DNA of 55,086 nucleotides from Candidatus Woesearchaeota archaeon (GCA_964485325.1 CAZAIT010000002.1:1-55086), one strand, 5' to 3'. Shown: positions 1 through 8,783, counted from the first letter of the stretch. The notes: generated from the letters alone by a model not told the origin. Program-made: numbers and translations.

Positions 1-273
1 TATGCTACTGCAGGCAAAATTAATAGTCGTGGAGTTCGTCAACAGGTTATAGAAAAAGAGATTGCATTGTTGCTTGACTCGGCTGTGCCAGGAATGAGTT
101 TTGGGATATTTAAAACAAATGCTAATGGAGTTGTAAATGAAATTAAAATAGAAAGGGGAAATATTCTTGTCTTTGTAGATGGGCTTACATTCTCTAAGGG
201 GCATCCGTATTTTTCTACATATGAAGTTAGTGTTTCCGAGGAACAAAATAAATTTGTGGTGAGCGTTGAATGA
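1..273 (+). CDS. hypothetical protein, 5'-truncated at the window edge; first visible gene of the pilin-like operon
   Basis: Frame 1 is open from nt 1 to the stop at 271-273. The stop overlaps the next start (ATGA at 270-273). I recognised no motif. Confidence 0.4.
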   Translation, partial: YATAGKINSRGVRQQVIEKEIALLLDSAVPGMSFGIFKTNANGVVNEIKIERGNILVFVDGLTFSKGHPYFSTYEVSVSEEQNKFVVSVE

Positions 274-770
274 TAAACAAAAGAGGACAATCAGGTAGTA
301 GCGTTCTTACTATTTATAGAATTTTAATAGTCAGTTTTATTGCTTTGGTAGTGTTGGGAATATCATCAACGTTTTATAGTTATAAAATTAATATTAGGGA
401 TAGTGAAAGTATTATATTTGCAAGAGGGATAGTTGATTGTATTGCTCCTAATGGGGTTTTAAATTTAGATAGCTTAAATGAAAATGAAAATAATATCTTT
501 TCTTTTTGTGGATTTGAGGATTCAGAGACTGAAAGATTTTTTCTTTCTGTAATTATTAGTGATGAGACGGGCGAGATAGAAAAATTAGGAGATGGTGATG
601 ATGGATTAGAATGGGTTCATAAAATTTATTCTAGTGATCTTAAAACTGAAAGCATAAAGGTATATGAGCCTGGATATTATAATGGTGACTTCTCAATTGG
701 AGTTTTGAAAAATAGTATCCGTAGTGATGCTCAGATGAAAGTGGAGGTTATAGTTAAAGGTGAAATCTAA
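270..770 (+). CDS. archaeal type IV pilin-like protein (class III signal peptide)
   Basis: N-terminus MINKRG/QSGSS is followed by a ~25-aa hydrophobic helix, the classic prepilin-peptidase substrate pattern. The gene is translationally coupled to both neighbours. Confidence 0.6.
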   Translation: MINKRGQSGSSVLTIYRILIVSFIALVVLGISSTFYSYKINIRDSESIIFARGIVDCIAPNGVLNLDSLNENENNIFSFCGFEDSETERFFLSVIISDETGEIEKLGDGDDGLEWVHKIYSSDLKTESIKVYEPGYYNGDFSIGVLKNSIRSDAQMKVEVIVKGEI

Positions 771-1038
771 GAGAGGAGTTATTGGTAGATTTGTTGTGAC
801 GTTTATTGCTACAATTACTATTGCATTAATTTTACTTGGATTTATTTTTATTAACTCCATGGTTACAATGGCTGGAGAAAAGGGTGCTGGTATTGTTATT
901 TACAAAGAAGATAAACTTGGAATTAAAGACGGAGTTGGTTATATGAGTAATTATGCTAAATTAGTTGAGGCAAAAGCAATATCAAGTTTAGGGTTTTCTT
1001 TGGATGATACTATTTCGGAGGTTGGATATGGAAAATAG
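760..1038 (+). CDS. small type IV pilin-like protein (class III signal peptide)
   Basis: GTG start overlaps the upstream stop. N-terminus MKSKRG/VIGRFVVTFIATITIALILLGFIF shows the KRG cleavage motif plus a hydrophobic helix. Confidence 0.55.
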   Translation: MKSKRGVIGRFVVTFIATITIALILLGFIFINSMVTMAGEKGAGIVIYKEDKLGIKDGVGYMSNYAKLVEAKAISSLGFSLDDTISEVGYGK

Positions 1039-1609
1039 AGCTCAGTTTTTTGCGTTGTATCTAGTTTTTATAACTCTTACAATGTGTGGGATAGTGGTAG
1101 GGTTTTACTATCTACAACAGATGCAACAGGACAATGTACAAAGTGCGATTGTTTCTCCAATGGGAGTTTTAAGAGAGAGGGACAATTTATATATATTTGA
1201 GAGGGCTGAGGTGGAGTTGATATACGATTCTTTAGATTCTTCGGAAGGAGAATTTGGTAGCGATGCTTTTTTGAATTCTTTTAGAGAAAATTTCGTAGAT
1301 GGAATTATGAATAGTAAGGACATGAGAGAATTTATTTTTGAGAACTTGTTTGTCAATGGAGTTGAACTTGGAGCACAGAATAAAAATAGAAATTTAATTG
1401 AAGAAGGAGTCTATTCTAGTGGAAAGAGTTTATTTTCCGATGGGAAACTTATTTTTACTCGTGCAAAAATTAGTAAAAGTTATTCGATGGCAACAAAAGA
1501 TGAAAAAGATAAAAGTAAGATAAATTTTCCGGTCACTTTTAATTTTGAATTCAGTAGGAAATATTTGATAGAGAAAATTGATGATAATTTTGAGGTGAGT
1601 GTTGCATAA
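1028..1609 (+). CDS. pilin-like / class III signal peptide protein
   Basis: The ATG at 1028 gives MENRAQFFALYLVFITLTMCGIVVGFYY, a short charged head followed by a hydrophobic helix. It overlaps the preceding stop. The track start at 1004 is a less likely alternative. Confidence 0.5.
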   Translation: MENRAQFFALYLVFITLTMCGIVVGFYYLQQMQQDNVQSAIVSPMGVLRERDNLYIFERAEVELIYDSLDSSEGEFGSDAFLNSFRENFVDGIMNSKDMREFIFENLFVNGVELGAQNKNRNLIEEGVYSSGKSLFSDGKLIFTRAKISKSYSMATKDEKDKSKINFPVTFNFEFSRKYLIEKIDDNFEVSVA

Positions 1610-1773
1610 TGGATTACGGAGGAGCTGAACGTCGTAGGACGAAGAAAGATTTGAAAAGAAAGAGATTGGCTAGAGGATATAAAAGGGGTGGACAGTTCAG
1701 AAGTCAAAATGTTTCGGATGGTTCAGAAGAAGATAGTAAAAATAAAACTAAGAAGAAATTGAAAAAATACTGA
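1609..1773 (+). CDS. small basic protein (54 aa), not in ORF track
   Basis: Read by hand as MDYGGAERRRTKKDLKRKRLARGYKRGGQFRS...KKLKKY. Its ATG overlaps the upstream stop (TAATG at 1607-1611). No homology recognised. Confidence 0.3.
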   Translation: MDYGGAERRRTKKDLKRKRLARGYKRGGQFRSQNVSDGSEEDSKNKTKKKLKKY

Positions 1774-1807
1774 GAATGTTTAAATAGTATAAAGAGTTAT
1801 AACTATT

Positions 1808-1918
1808 ATGAAAAAGAAGATGAAAAAAGAATTGTTGAAGTGGCTAAATTATTTGGCTGTTGCGGCAGGTATCGTTGCTGTTGTTATTTTGGCATATGGT
1901 ATAATAAGGTCGATTTGA
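1808..1918 (+). CDS. small single-pass membrane protein (36 aa), not in ORF track
   Basis: Read by hand as MKKKMKKELLKWLNYLAVAAGIVAVVILAYGIIRSI. It is tightly packed ahead of the next ORFs. Confidence 0.3.
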   Translation: MKKKMKKELLKWLNYLAVAAGIVAVVILAYGIIRSI

Positions 1919-1919
1919 G

Positions 1920-2105
1920 ATGAGATTCGAATTTTTGAATTTCTTAAGTAATTTTGTGAATTATTTAATTTTTATCTATATTTTTTTAAATACCATAAAT
2001 ACTAATTGTTTTAATGCTGCAGATATGTCTATTGCTTTGATAGGTTTAATATTGTCTGTGTTTATTCTTATTGTAAGTTCAATTAATAGGAGTAATAAAG
2101 AATAA
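1920..2105 (+). CDS. small hydrophobic protein (61 aa), uncertain
   Basis: The ORF starts 1 nt after the previous stop and its stop overlaps the peptidase start. It is very hydrophobic and AT-rich, so it could be spurious. Confidence 0.25.
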   Translation: MRFEFLNFLSNFVNYLIFIYIFLNTINTNCFNAADMSIALIGLILSVFILIVSSINRSNKE

Positions 2106-2938
2106 TGTTTGGATTTTTATTCTGGTTGTTTCTTGCAGGAATTATTGTAGCTAGCTTGCAGGATTTGAAGAGGAAAGAAGTTGACAATTGGTTAAATTTG
2201 TTTTTGTTAGCTTCTGGTTTCATTTTCATTTTCTATAAAGCAATATTCAGCGGAGATACTTCAATTATTTTCCAAGCAGGGTTTGCCCTGGTTTTTATGT
2301 TTATATTTGAGAATATATTTTATTATGGTAGAGTTTTTGCTGGAGGGGACGCTAAATTATTAGTTGCTATGACGGTGTTTTTTGTTGGGGTTAGTTTTAA
2401 TGTAACTTTAATTAATATTGGAATCTTTTTACTATTCTTGATGTTCTCTGGCTCAATCTACGGAATAATTTATTCTCTTGTTTTATATATCAAAGACTTT
2501 AAGAAAATAAATAAAGAAGTTTCGAAAATGGTTAAGCAAGAATGGGATAGTAAAATACGATGGATATTATTTGGAAGTTGTTTCTTGATAGTTCTTGGGA
2601 TTTTCAGTAGATTGTTTTTTCTAGCGGGTGCGTTTGGAATTCTTTTTACTTTTCTTTTTATTTCTGCTAAGGCTTTAGAAAATATTTCTATGGTGCAAAA
2701 TATTTCTGGCAGTAATTTGAGAGAGGGAGATTGGTTAGTTAACGACATTAAGATTAAGGGCAAGACGATTAAGGCAGATTGGGAAGGATTGTCGCTTGCA
2801 AATATTGAATTGTTGAAGGGAAAGAAGAAAGTTAAGATTAAGAGTGGATTGCCTTTTGTTCCGGCGTTTTTAATTGCGTTTTTGAGTTATGTTTTCCTTA
2901 AAGATGCAGTTATGATGTTTTTACAGAGGATGTTTTAG
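2105..2938 (+). CDS. A24-family prepilin/preflagellin aspartyl peptidase (PibD/FlaK/EppA-like)
   Basis: Polytopic membrane protein. It has an N-terminal Asp motif (ASLQDLKRKEVDNW) and a second catalytic motif (FAGGDAKLL). It lies directly downstream of the pilin-like genes. Confidence 0.75.
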   Translation: MFGFLFWLFLAGIIVASLQDLKRKEVDNWLNLFLLASGFIFIFYKAIFSGDTSIIFQAGFALVFMFIFENIFYYGRVFAGGDAKLLVAMTVFFVGVSFNVTLINIGIFLLFLMFSGSIYGIIYSLVLYIKDFKKINKEVSKMVKQEWDSKIRWILFGSCFLIVLGIFSRLFFLAGAFGILFTFLFISAKALENISMVQNISGSNLREGDWLVNDIKIKGKTIKADWEGLSLANIELLKGKKKVKIKSGLPFVPAFLIAFLSYVFLKDAVMMFLQRMF

Positions 2939-2979
2939 ATTATATAAATCCTTATAAAGCAAAAGAATTTTTAGGGTAT

Positions 2980-4041
2980 ATGGTTGTAAAAAAAGATATA
3001 GTTGAGGAGATAAAGGACGCTGTTGAAGATTCTGAAGAAGCTATTGAGAAAGAGAAGCCTAAAAAGGCAACTAAGAATAAAAAAGATGATAAAGAATTGA
3101 AACTAATTGATTTGCCTGGTGTTGGACCTGGTGCTGTTGCTAAGTTAGAAGCGGCCGGAATTTATGATTTAATGGGGCTGGCTGTTTTGACTCCGGCGCA
3201 ATTATCGGAAACTGCTGGGATGAGTGAATCGGTTGCTAGGAAAGCTATCCAAGCTTCTAGACAGATGATGAGTTTGGGATTCAGTGATGGATTGGAACAC
3301 GAAGAGAAGCGAAAAGAATTATTTAATATTACTACAGGTTCTAAAAACCTGGACAATCTTCTAGGGGGAAAAGGGATTCAGACGAAATCTATTACGGAGG
3401 CTTTCGGTGCTTTCGGTAGTGGTAAGACACAGCTCGCGTTATCGCTTGCTGTGGGTGTTCAGTTGCCTATTGAGCAAGGTGGAGCTAATGGGAAGGCTGT
3501 CTATATAGATACAGAAGGAACCTTCAGACCAGAGAGAGTTAGACAATTCGCCGAGGGTATTGGAGCTAATGGAGACAAGGTGTTGAAAAATATCCTAGTT
3601 GCTCGAGCGTTTAATTCTGACCATCAAATGTTATTATTAGATAAGGTTGCGGAGTTAATCAAAGATGGTGAACCAATTCGTCTTATGATTATTGATTCTT
3701 TGACGGCACATTTTAGAGCAGAGTATTCTGGACGGGGACAATTAGCAGACAGACAGCAGAGATTGAACAGATATTTACATAATTTAATGAAACTTGCAGA
3801 GCAAAATAATTTGGCTGTTTATGTAACTAATCAGGTTATGTCCGACCCTGCGCAGATGTTTGGGGATCCTACAAAAGCTATTGGTGGGAATATTGTTGGT
3901 CATGCATGTACATATCGAATGTATCTCCGAAGGGGAAAGAAGGATTCAAGAGTGTGTAAACTGATTGATAGCCCGGATTTGCCAGACAATGAAACCGTCT
4001 TTATGATAGAGACTGCTGGTCTTCGGGATATTGATGTTTAA
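2980..4041 (+). CDS. radA: DNA repair and recombination protein RadA
   Basis: HhH region LPGVGPGAVAKLEAAG, Walker A GAFGSGKTQ, and the signatures DTEGTFRPER and IIDSLTAHFRAEY. It carries a K/E-rich N-terminal extension. Confidence 0.95.
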   Translation: MVVKKDIVEEIKDAVEDSEEAIEKEKPKKATKNKKDDKELKLIDLPGVGPGAVAKLEAAGIYDLMGLAVLTPAQLSETAGMSESVARKAIQASRQMMSLGFSDGLEHEEKRKELFNITTGSKNLDNLLGGKGIQTKSITEAFGAFGSGKTQLALSLAVGVQLPIEQGGANGKAVYIDTEGTFRPERVRQFAEGIGANGDKVLKNILVARAFNSDHQMLLLDKVAELIKDGEPIRLMIIDSLTAHFRAEYSGRGQLADRQQRLNRYLHNLMKLAEQNNLAVYVTNQVMSDPAQMFGDPTKAIGGNIVGHACTYRMYLRRGKKDSRVCKLIDSPDLPDNETVFMIETAGLRDIDV

Positions 4042-4113
4042 AGATATTTTTAGAGTTAAAGTCAATATATAATTTTTAGAAAGCAATATAAATGGACTTT
4101 TTCAATAATAATT

Positions 4114-4299
4114 ATGGTAGAAATATTTAGCGAGGAATTGAATGAAGAATTTTTAAGTTCTTTAAAGAAAGAGCTTTCTGAAACTTTTTCTGGATGTAAA
4201 AAAATTGCAGTAAAGATTCATTTTGGGGAGCCAGGCAATGAGAAGAGTTTAATCCTAATGCCGTGTTTGGTTCGGGAGGGGAAACAGATGTCGGAATGA
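4114..4299 (+). pseudogene. short N-terminal fragment resembling a DUF362-type protein (IAVKIHFGEPGN)
   Basis: Only about 44 aa resemble the N-terminus of that family, judged from memory of the HFGE.GN motif. The frame then degenerates and overlaps the next ORF. Confidence 0.25.
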
Positions 4300-7091
4300 T
4301 TGGGAGTGAGAGTTCCTGCACTTCTGCTGGAGGAACGTGGCAGACAGAAAATTATGTTGATGCAGGTATTTTGAAGCAAGATTCGTGGTGTGAGATGACA
4401 GGATTTTTTAATATTGATAATGGTGCTGGCGAGGGCAATAAGGGAAATTGTGATACGAGTTGTTGGGCGTGTGAGTTTAAGTATGATGGAAGTGGTTGGG
4501 AGAATGTGAGTGTTGCAGAGAGTGCTTGTATTAATTCGGCTTTAGGATATTGTAGTTGGGCAGCAGATAATAATTCTTTTAATGGAAAGGGCTGGTGTGA
4601 TTACCCTACTGAAATGGAGAGTGGCGGGGCTAAGGATTGTAATCTTGAGTGTGAGGGATGTAATTTTATGAATAATCCTGAGAGTGCTTGCTTGGGTAGT
4701 GTTGTTGATTGTAAGTGGATTGACGATGATCAGTCGGTTGTTAATGGCTCTTGTGTTGATACATCAAAGAAAGTTTGTGATAGTGATTGTTTCTCGTGTT
4801 ATGACTCTGATAATTGCTACAATAGTAATGTTAGTTGTTCGTGGGATAATGATTTTGCGTTATGTAAACCGATGGGGTATGAAGGAGAGGTTTGTTTTAA
4901 TGGAGTAGATGACGATGGAGATGGGATGGTCGATTGTGGGGACCCTGATTGTGGTTTTGATAATTTTTGTGGTGGTTCGGTGTTTGGGGGAGATTGTTTT
5001 GCTCAGATTAGTGAGGGAGATTGTAACACAACCTTTGCATTTGAGTTAGGAGGAGAGGATTTGAATTGTACTTGGGTAATTAATGATTGGGATAGTGAGG
5101 GGCATTGTGATATGCCAGGTTCTAATTGTTGGCAGTATGATAGCAATTTAAGTGCTTGTGGTGCTGTTTCAGGATGTACTAATGATTCTAGTAGTATGAT
5201 GATGGGAGGGGATTCAATGTGTGATATTAATATGACTAAAATGGATGCGTCTAATTGTTGGGATAATGCTAATGAGGGTGTTTGCTCGGGAGATTGTCAA
5301 TGGGTTAATGATAGTTGGTGCGAGAGTAACTCAGAAGATCAGTGGTGTATAGATGTTGGCGGATGGTGCGATTTCAAGCCGTTCGCGACTTGTATGAGTT
5401 TGAATTCGACTAATTGTGGAGCTAATTCTAATTGTACCTGGCATAATGATGGTTTTTCTATGACAGCTGGAGATGAAGAAGGTTGGTGTGATGTGGCTTG
5501 TTTTGATTCAGAATGGGGAGTTAGTGAATGTACAAATGTGAGTTTAAATGGTCTTTGTGAGTATAGGAATATGAGTGAGACTTGCCAGCCAGAGATGTTT
5601 ATGATGATGGGAATGGGATCTGGAGGACAGACGGGATGTTGGCAATATGATGGGAATGAAACAGGGTGTGGATTAAATAGTTTTAATTGTCAGTATAAAA
5701 ATGATAGTTATGCTAATAATAACCTTGCTGGAGAACCTGCGGGATGGTGTATGGATAAAGCAGAGTTTGAGCATTTTGGAGATATGAAGGGCGATGTGAT
5801 AGAGCTTGCTATGGATGCTGTCAATTTTGTTTCATTTCCTCCTGTTAGTGAAATAGGTGTTGATGGTCCTGTAGACATTATGGGAATGGGTATGCGGGTG
5901 ACCGATAATGGGTTTAATTTTGGTGCTGGGGTTTATAATATTAGTAATGCTTTGGTGTGTAATGGATATAAGGTTGGGGCTGGAATGGGCTTTGATGGAA
6001 ACATAAATGAAGGGGTTTTAGGTGCGGGGGATGCTACGACGAAGTTTTATTGGTATTTAGATACAAATGGTAATGAGTCTGATGGGTGTATTGCTTATGG
6101 AGGCAGTGATGATACAGGTTACGAGTTGATGATTAGTTATATTTCTACGAATGAAACTGGAAGCATTGTGGAGACTAAGAAGTTGATGAAATGTGCTGAT
6201 GATGGGTGGGTGGCTACGAACACAATGATTACTACAAGTAAGCAGATGAGCTGTGGTGAGATTCAGGGCGTGATGGTTGCTGTAGAGAAACAGGGATTGG
6301 AATCGTTTGCTGAATATGATAAGACTGCGAATATGAGAATTTTTATGGCGAGTGCTAATGGGAGTGATTCCAGAACGAATCCTTCAGATTATATTGGTCC
6401 AGGATATTATACTCCGGGCATGATTGATTTTGGATTTGTAGATTGTTCTAACCCAAATACTAAAGATCCAAAGTGTAAGAATATGCAAAAATTTGGGTTT
6501 AATATTTTTGAAGAGTGTATGAATGATGTTGATGATGATGAGAATGGTTTGACGGATTGTGCCGACCCTATGTGTTTGTTTACACCTAAGTGTGCGGATA
6601 GTGGGAGTGCGTTTGCGTTCGGTTCGGTTGAGGGTGATAATACTGCTCCGACGGTGATGTTTAGTAAGTTTAAGGTGTTATCGGATGCGGCGTTTGCGAA
6701 GATTGATACTAACGAACCATCGAGTTTGAATGTGAGTTTTTATCATAACGATTCTACTTGCAAGATAGAAAATATTGTTTTAAGCGATGAAGGGGATGAT
6801 GCGTATCAGGCTTATGCTAAGTTTAAACCATTTCATTCTGTTGATTTGACGGATGATAGTTTGGGATATCCATTAACTAATGGAACCACTTATTATTACA
6901 AAATTAAAGTGTGCGACCCCTCAGATAATTGTGCGGTTTCAGCTTGTTCAAATTTTACTACGAAATCTAGCGTCATAGCTAAGCAATTTATCTTTAAACT
7001 TGATTTGCCAGATGGATATACAGTAGACATTCCTGCTTTGGATAAGACTGGTTATAATTTTACTCAAGAGTTTGGGGGGGGTAGTTTATGA
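4263..7091 (+). CDS. large Cys-rich repeat surface-type protein, N-terminal segment (interrupted at a G8 tract)
   Basis: Repeated C-x-W-x-(N/D)-D...G-W-C-D units. Two CxNGVDDDGDGxxDCxDPxC modules. A C-terminal FN3-like segment (TTYYYKIKVCDPSDN). No signal peptide is possible, because an in-frame stop lies at 4239-4241. Confidence 0.6.
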   Translation: MFGSGGETDVGMIGSESSCTSAGGTWQTENYVDAGILKQDSWCEMTGFFNIDNGAGEGNKGNCDTSCWACEFKYDGSGWENVSVAESACINSALGYCSWAADNNSFNGKGWCDYPTEMESGGAKDCNLECEGCNFMNNPESACLGSVVDCKWIDDDQSVVNGSCVDTSKKVCDSDCFSCYDSDNCYNSNVSCSWDNDFALCKPMGYEGEVCFNGVDDDGDGMVDCGDPDCGFDNFCGGSVFGGDCFAQISEGDCNTTFAFELGGEDLNCTWVINDWDSEGHCDMPGSNCWQYDSNLSACGAVSGCTNDSSSMMMGGDSMCDINMTKMDASNCWDNANEGVCSGDCQWVNDSWCESNSEDQWCIDVGGWCDFKPFATCMSLNSTNCGANSNCTWHNDGFSMTAGDEEGWCDVACFDSEWGVSECTNVSLNGLCEYRNMSETCQPEMFMMMGMGSGGQTGCWQYDGNETGCGLNSFNCQYKNDSYANNNLAGEPAGWCMDKAEFEHFGDMKGDVIELAMDAVNFVSFPPVSEIGVDGPVDIMGMGMRVTDNGFNFGAGVYNISNALVCNGYKVGAGMGFDGNINEGVLGAGDATTKFYWYLDTNGNESDGCIAYGGSDDTGYELMISYISTNETGSIVETKKLMKCADDGWVATNTMITTSKQMSCGEIQGVMVAVEKQGLESFAEYDKTANMRIFMASANGSDSRTNPSDYIGPGYYTPGMIDFGFVDCSNPNTKDPKCKNMQKFGFNIFEECMNDVDDDENGLTDCADPMCLFTPKCADSGSAFAFGSVEGDNTAPTVMFSKFKVLSDAAFAKIDTNEPSSLNVSFYHNDSTCKIENIVLSDEGDDAYQAYAKFKPFHSVDLTDDSLGYPLTNGTTYYYKIKVCDPSDNCAVSACSNFTTKSSVIAKQFIFKLDLPDGYTVDIPALDKTGYNFTQEFGGGSL

Positions 7092-7488
7092 TGTAGGTAT
7101 TAAGACAAATACCTCAGTTACTAAGAATATGAATTTTACGGTGCATAGTAATTGTGGAAGCGGTTTAAGTATAGGGTTTTATGGTGTGAATGTTTTTGAA
7201 CCTGTGACTCTTGATATGAGTAATGCGTTTGTTTGTGATGAGGATACTCACATGATGGGGATGAATTCGAGTCTTAAAAAATGGAATACTTTGATTGACG
7301 AGATGCATCTTGGAGGGGCAAGTGATTATATTCAGATAGAGATGCCGGTTGCTTATAGTGATGCAAATACATTTAATTATGTAGATGATGCTGGCGCAAA
7401 TCCTGAAGATATTGATGATTATGTAAATTGTGAATCGGGTGGCACTGGCGTAACAGCGTGCCAGGTCCCGGTATCATTAGGATTTTAA
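7072..7488 (+). CDS. C-terminal segment of the same Cys-rich protein (shifted frame)
   Basis: The frame opens inside the G8 run (7074-7081). Removing one G fuses it to 4263..7091. Confidence 0.5.
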   Translation: MGGVVYDVGIKTNTSVTKNMNFTVHSNCGSGLSIGFYGVNVFEPVTLDMSNAFVCDEDTHMMGMNSSLKKWNTLIDEMHLGGASDYIQIEMPVAYSDANTFNYVDDAGANPEDIDDYVNCESGGTGVTACQVPVSLGF

Positions 7489-7489
7489 A

Positions 7490-8119
7490 ATGGAGATGAA
7501 AAGAATTGGATGTTTTATGGGAATGTTTTTAGTTGGACTTTTAATGTTTGGTTTAGTTTCTGGTGCAGGCTATAATATTGTTGTGCCTACAACAACAACA
7601 GATGATTCAAGTAGTTCTGGTGGTGGTGGCGGAGGTTCTTCTGCGGGTGGATTAACTTATGCTGTAAATGCCAATCAATTTTTAGTAGGATATTCCAAAG
7701 AGATTGGGGTTAATGATAGATTTAAAATTACCGTTGCTGATGAGTTACATTATGTTAAGCTTACGGGGCTGACCAATACTACGGCTAGTATTAATGTTAG
7801 TAGTGATACGCAGCAGGCGACTTTGGTTATTGGTGATGTTAGAAAGTTTGATGTTAATTCTGATAATAATTATGATTTGAGTGTTAAACTCGAGTCCATT
7901 AATTCTACTTCGAGCAAAGCAACTTTGGTGATTATATCTATTAATGAACAAGTTACCGAAGAGATTGCTGCTATGGAGGAAAACAAGGAAAGTGAGGCAG
8001 TAGATGTGATGGAAAGCGAGAAAGAGATTGGTTATAATTTGTGGTGGATTTGGGTAATAATTATAGTCATCGTCATTGGTATTATTGGAGCGATTATCAT
8101 TTATTTTAAAAAGAAATAA
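7490..8119 (+). CDS. secreted protein with Ser/Gly linker and C-terminal membrane anchor
   Basis: N-terminal signal/TM segment (GCFMGMFLVGLLMFGLVSGAG), an SSSSGGGGGGSSAGG linker, and a C-terminal TM segment followed by KKK. It starts 2 nt after the upstream stop. Confidence 0.55.
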   Translation: MEMKRIGCFMGMFLVGLLMFGLVSGAGYNIVVPTTTTDDSSSSGGGGGGSSAGGLTYAVNANQFLVGYSKEIGVNDRFKITVADELHYVKLTGLTNTTASINVSSDTQQATLVIGDVRKFDVNSDNNYDLSVKLESINSTSSKATLVIISINEQVTEEIAAMEENKESEAVDVMESEKEIGYNLWWIWVIIIVIVIGIIGAIIIYFKKK

Positions 8120-8149
8120 TTTTATTAACATATAGTTCTAATTTTATTC

Positions 8150-8746
8150 ATGGAATCAAATAAAAAATCTTCGGAATTTAATTTTTATGAAGCAGCGTTA
8201 GTTAAAAGGACCGAATTATTTAAGATTTGTACTAATATTGTTGTTGGGAAAGGAAATGTTAATGCTGATATTTTGTTTGTTGGGGAAGCTCCGGGTCGTA
8301 ACGAGGATTTGCAGGGATTAGCGTTTGTAGGGGCTGCAGGGAAGAATTTGGACAAGTTATTAGCGAATGTGGGGTTGAGTTTGGAAGACGTTTATATTGC
8401 GAATATTTTGAAGTGTCGGCCTCCTGAGAATAGAGATCCTACAGAAGAAGAAATTAGAGCACATACACCTTGGCTGTTGAAACAAATTAAAGATATGAAG
8501 CCGAAAGTTGTGTGTTCTTTGGGTAATTATGCTACGAAGTTTTTCTTGGCTATTGGAGATGTGGAAGAGATGAAGAATCAGCCTGGGATTACGCAGATTC
8601 ATGGCAAAGTTAGGGAAGTTGAGATGGATGGGGTGAAATTCAAATTGATTCCACTGTTTCATCCTGCGGCAATAATTTACAATAGAGTGAAATTAACTCC
8701 CTTGTGGGAAGCGGATATGGAAATAGTTAAGAGAGAGATTAGTTAG
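8150..8746 (+). CDS. udg: uracil-DNA glycosylase, family 4-like
   Basis: Motifs GEAPGRNED, AFVGAAGKNL, LKCRPPENRDP and HPAAIIY. Confidence 0.8.
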   Translation: MESNKKSSEFNFYEAALVKRTELFKICTNIVVGKGNVNADILFVGEAPGRNEDLQGLAFVGAAGKNLDKLLANVGLSLEDVYIANILKCRPPENRDPTEEEIRAHTPWLLKQIKDMKPKVVCSLGNYATKFFLAIGDVEEMKNQPGITQIHGKVREVEMDGVKFKLIPLFHPAAIIYNRVKLTPLWEADMEIVKREIS

Positions 8747-8783
8747 CGTCTTTTGAGAGCAACATTGGAAATGTTTCACTCAA

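Noticed and set aside
4684-4908. 74-aa alternative-frame ORF inside the Cys-rich gene
   Set aside because: It is on the same strand in a different frame, and the main frame carries the repeat architecture.
7745-8131. 128-aa minus-strand ORF (similar cases at 8360-8662, 2470-2763, 1108-1356 and 39-290)
   Set aside because: They are antisense to better-supported plus-strand genes and have no motifs.
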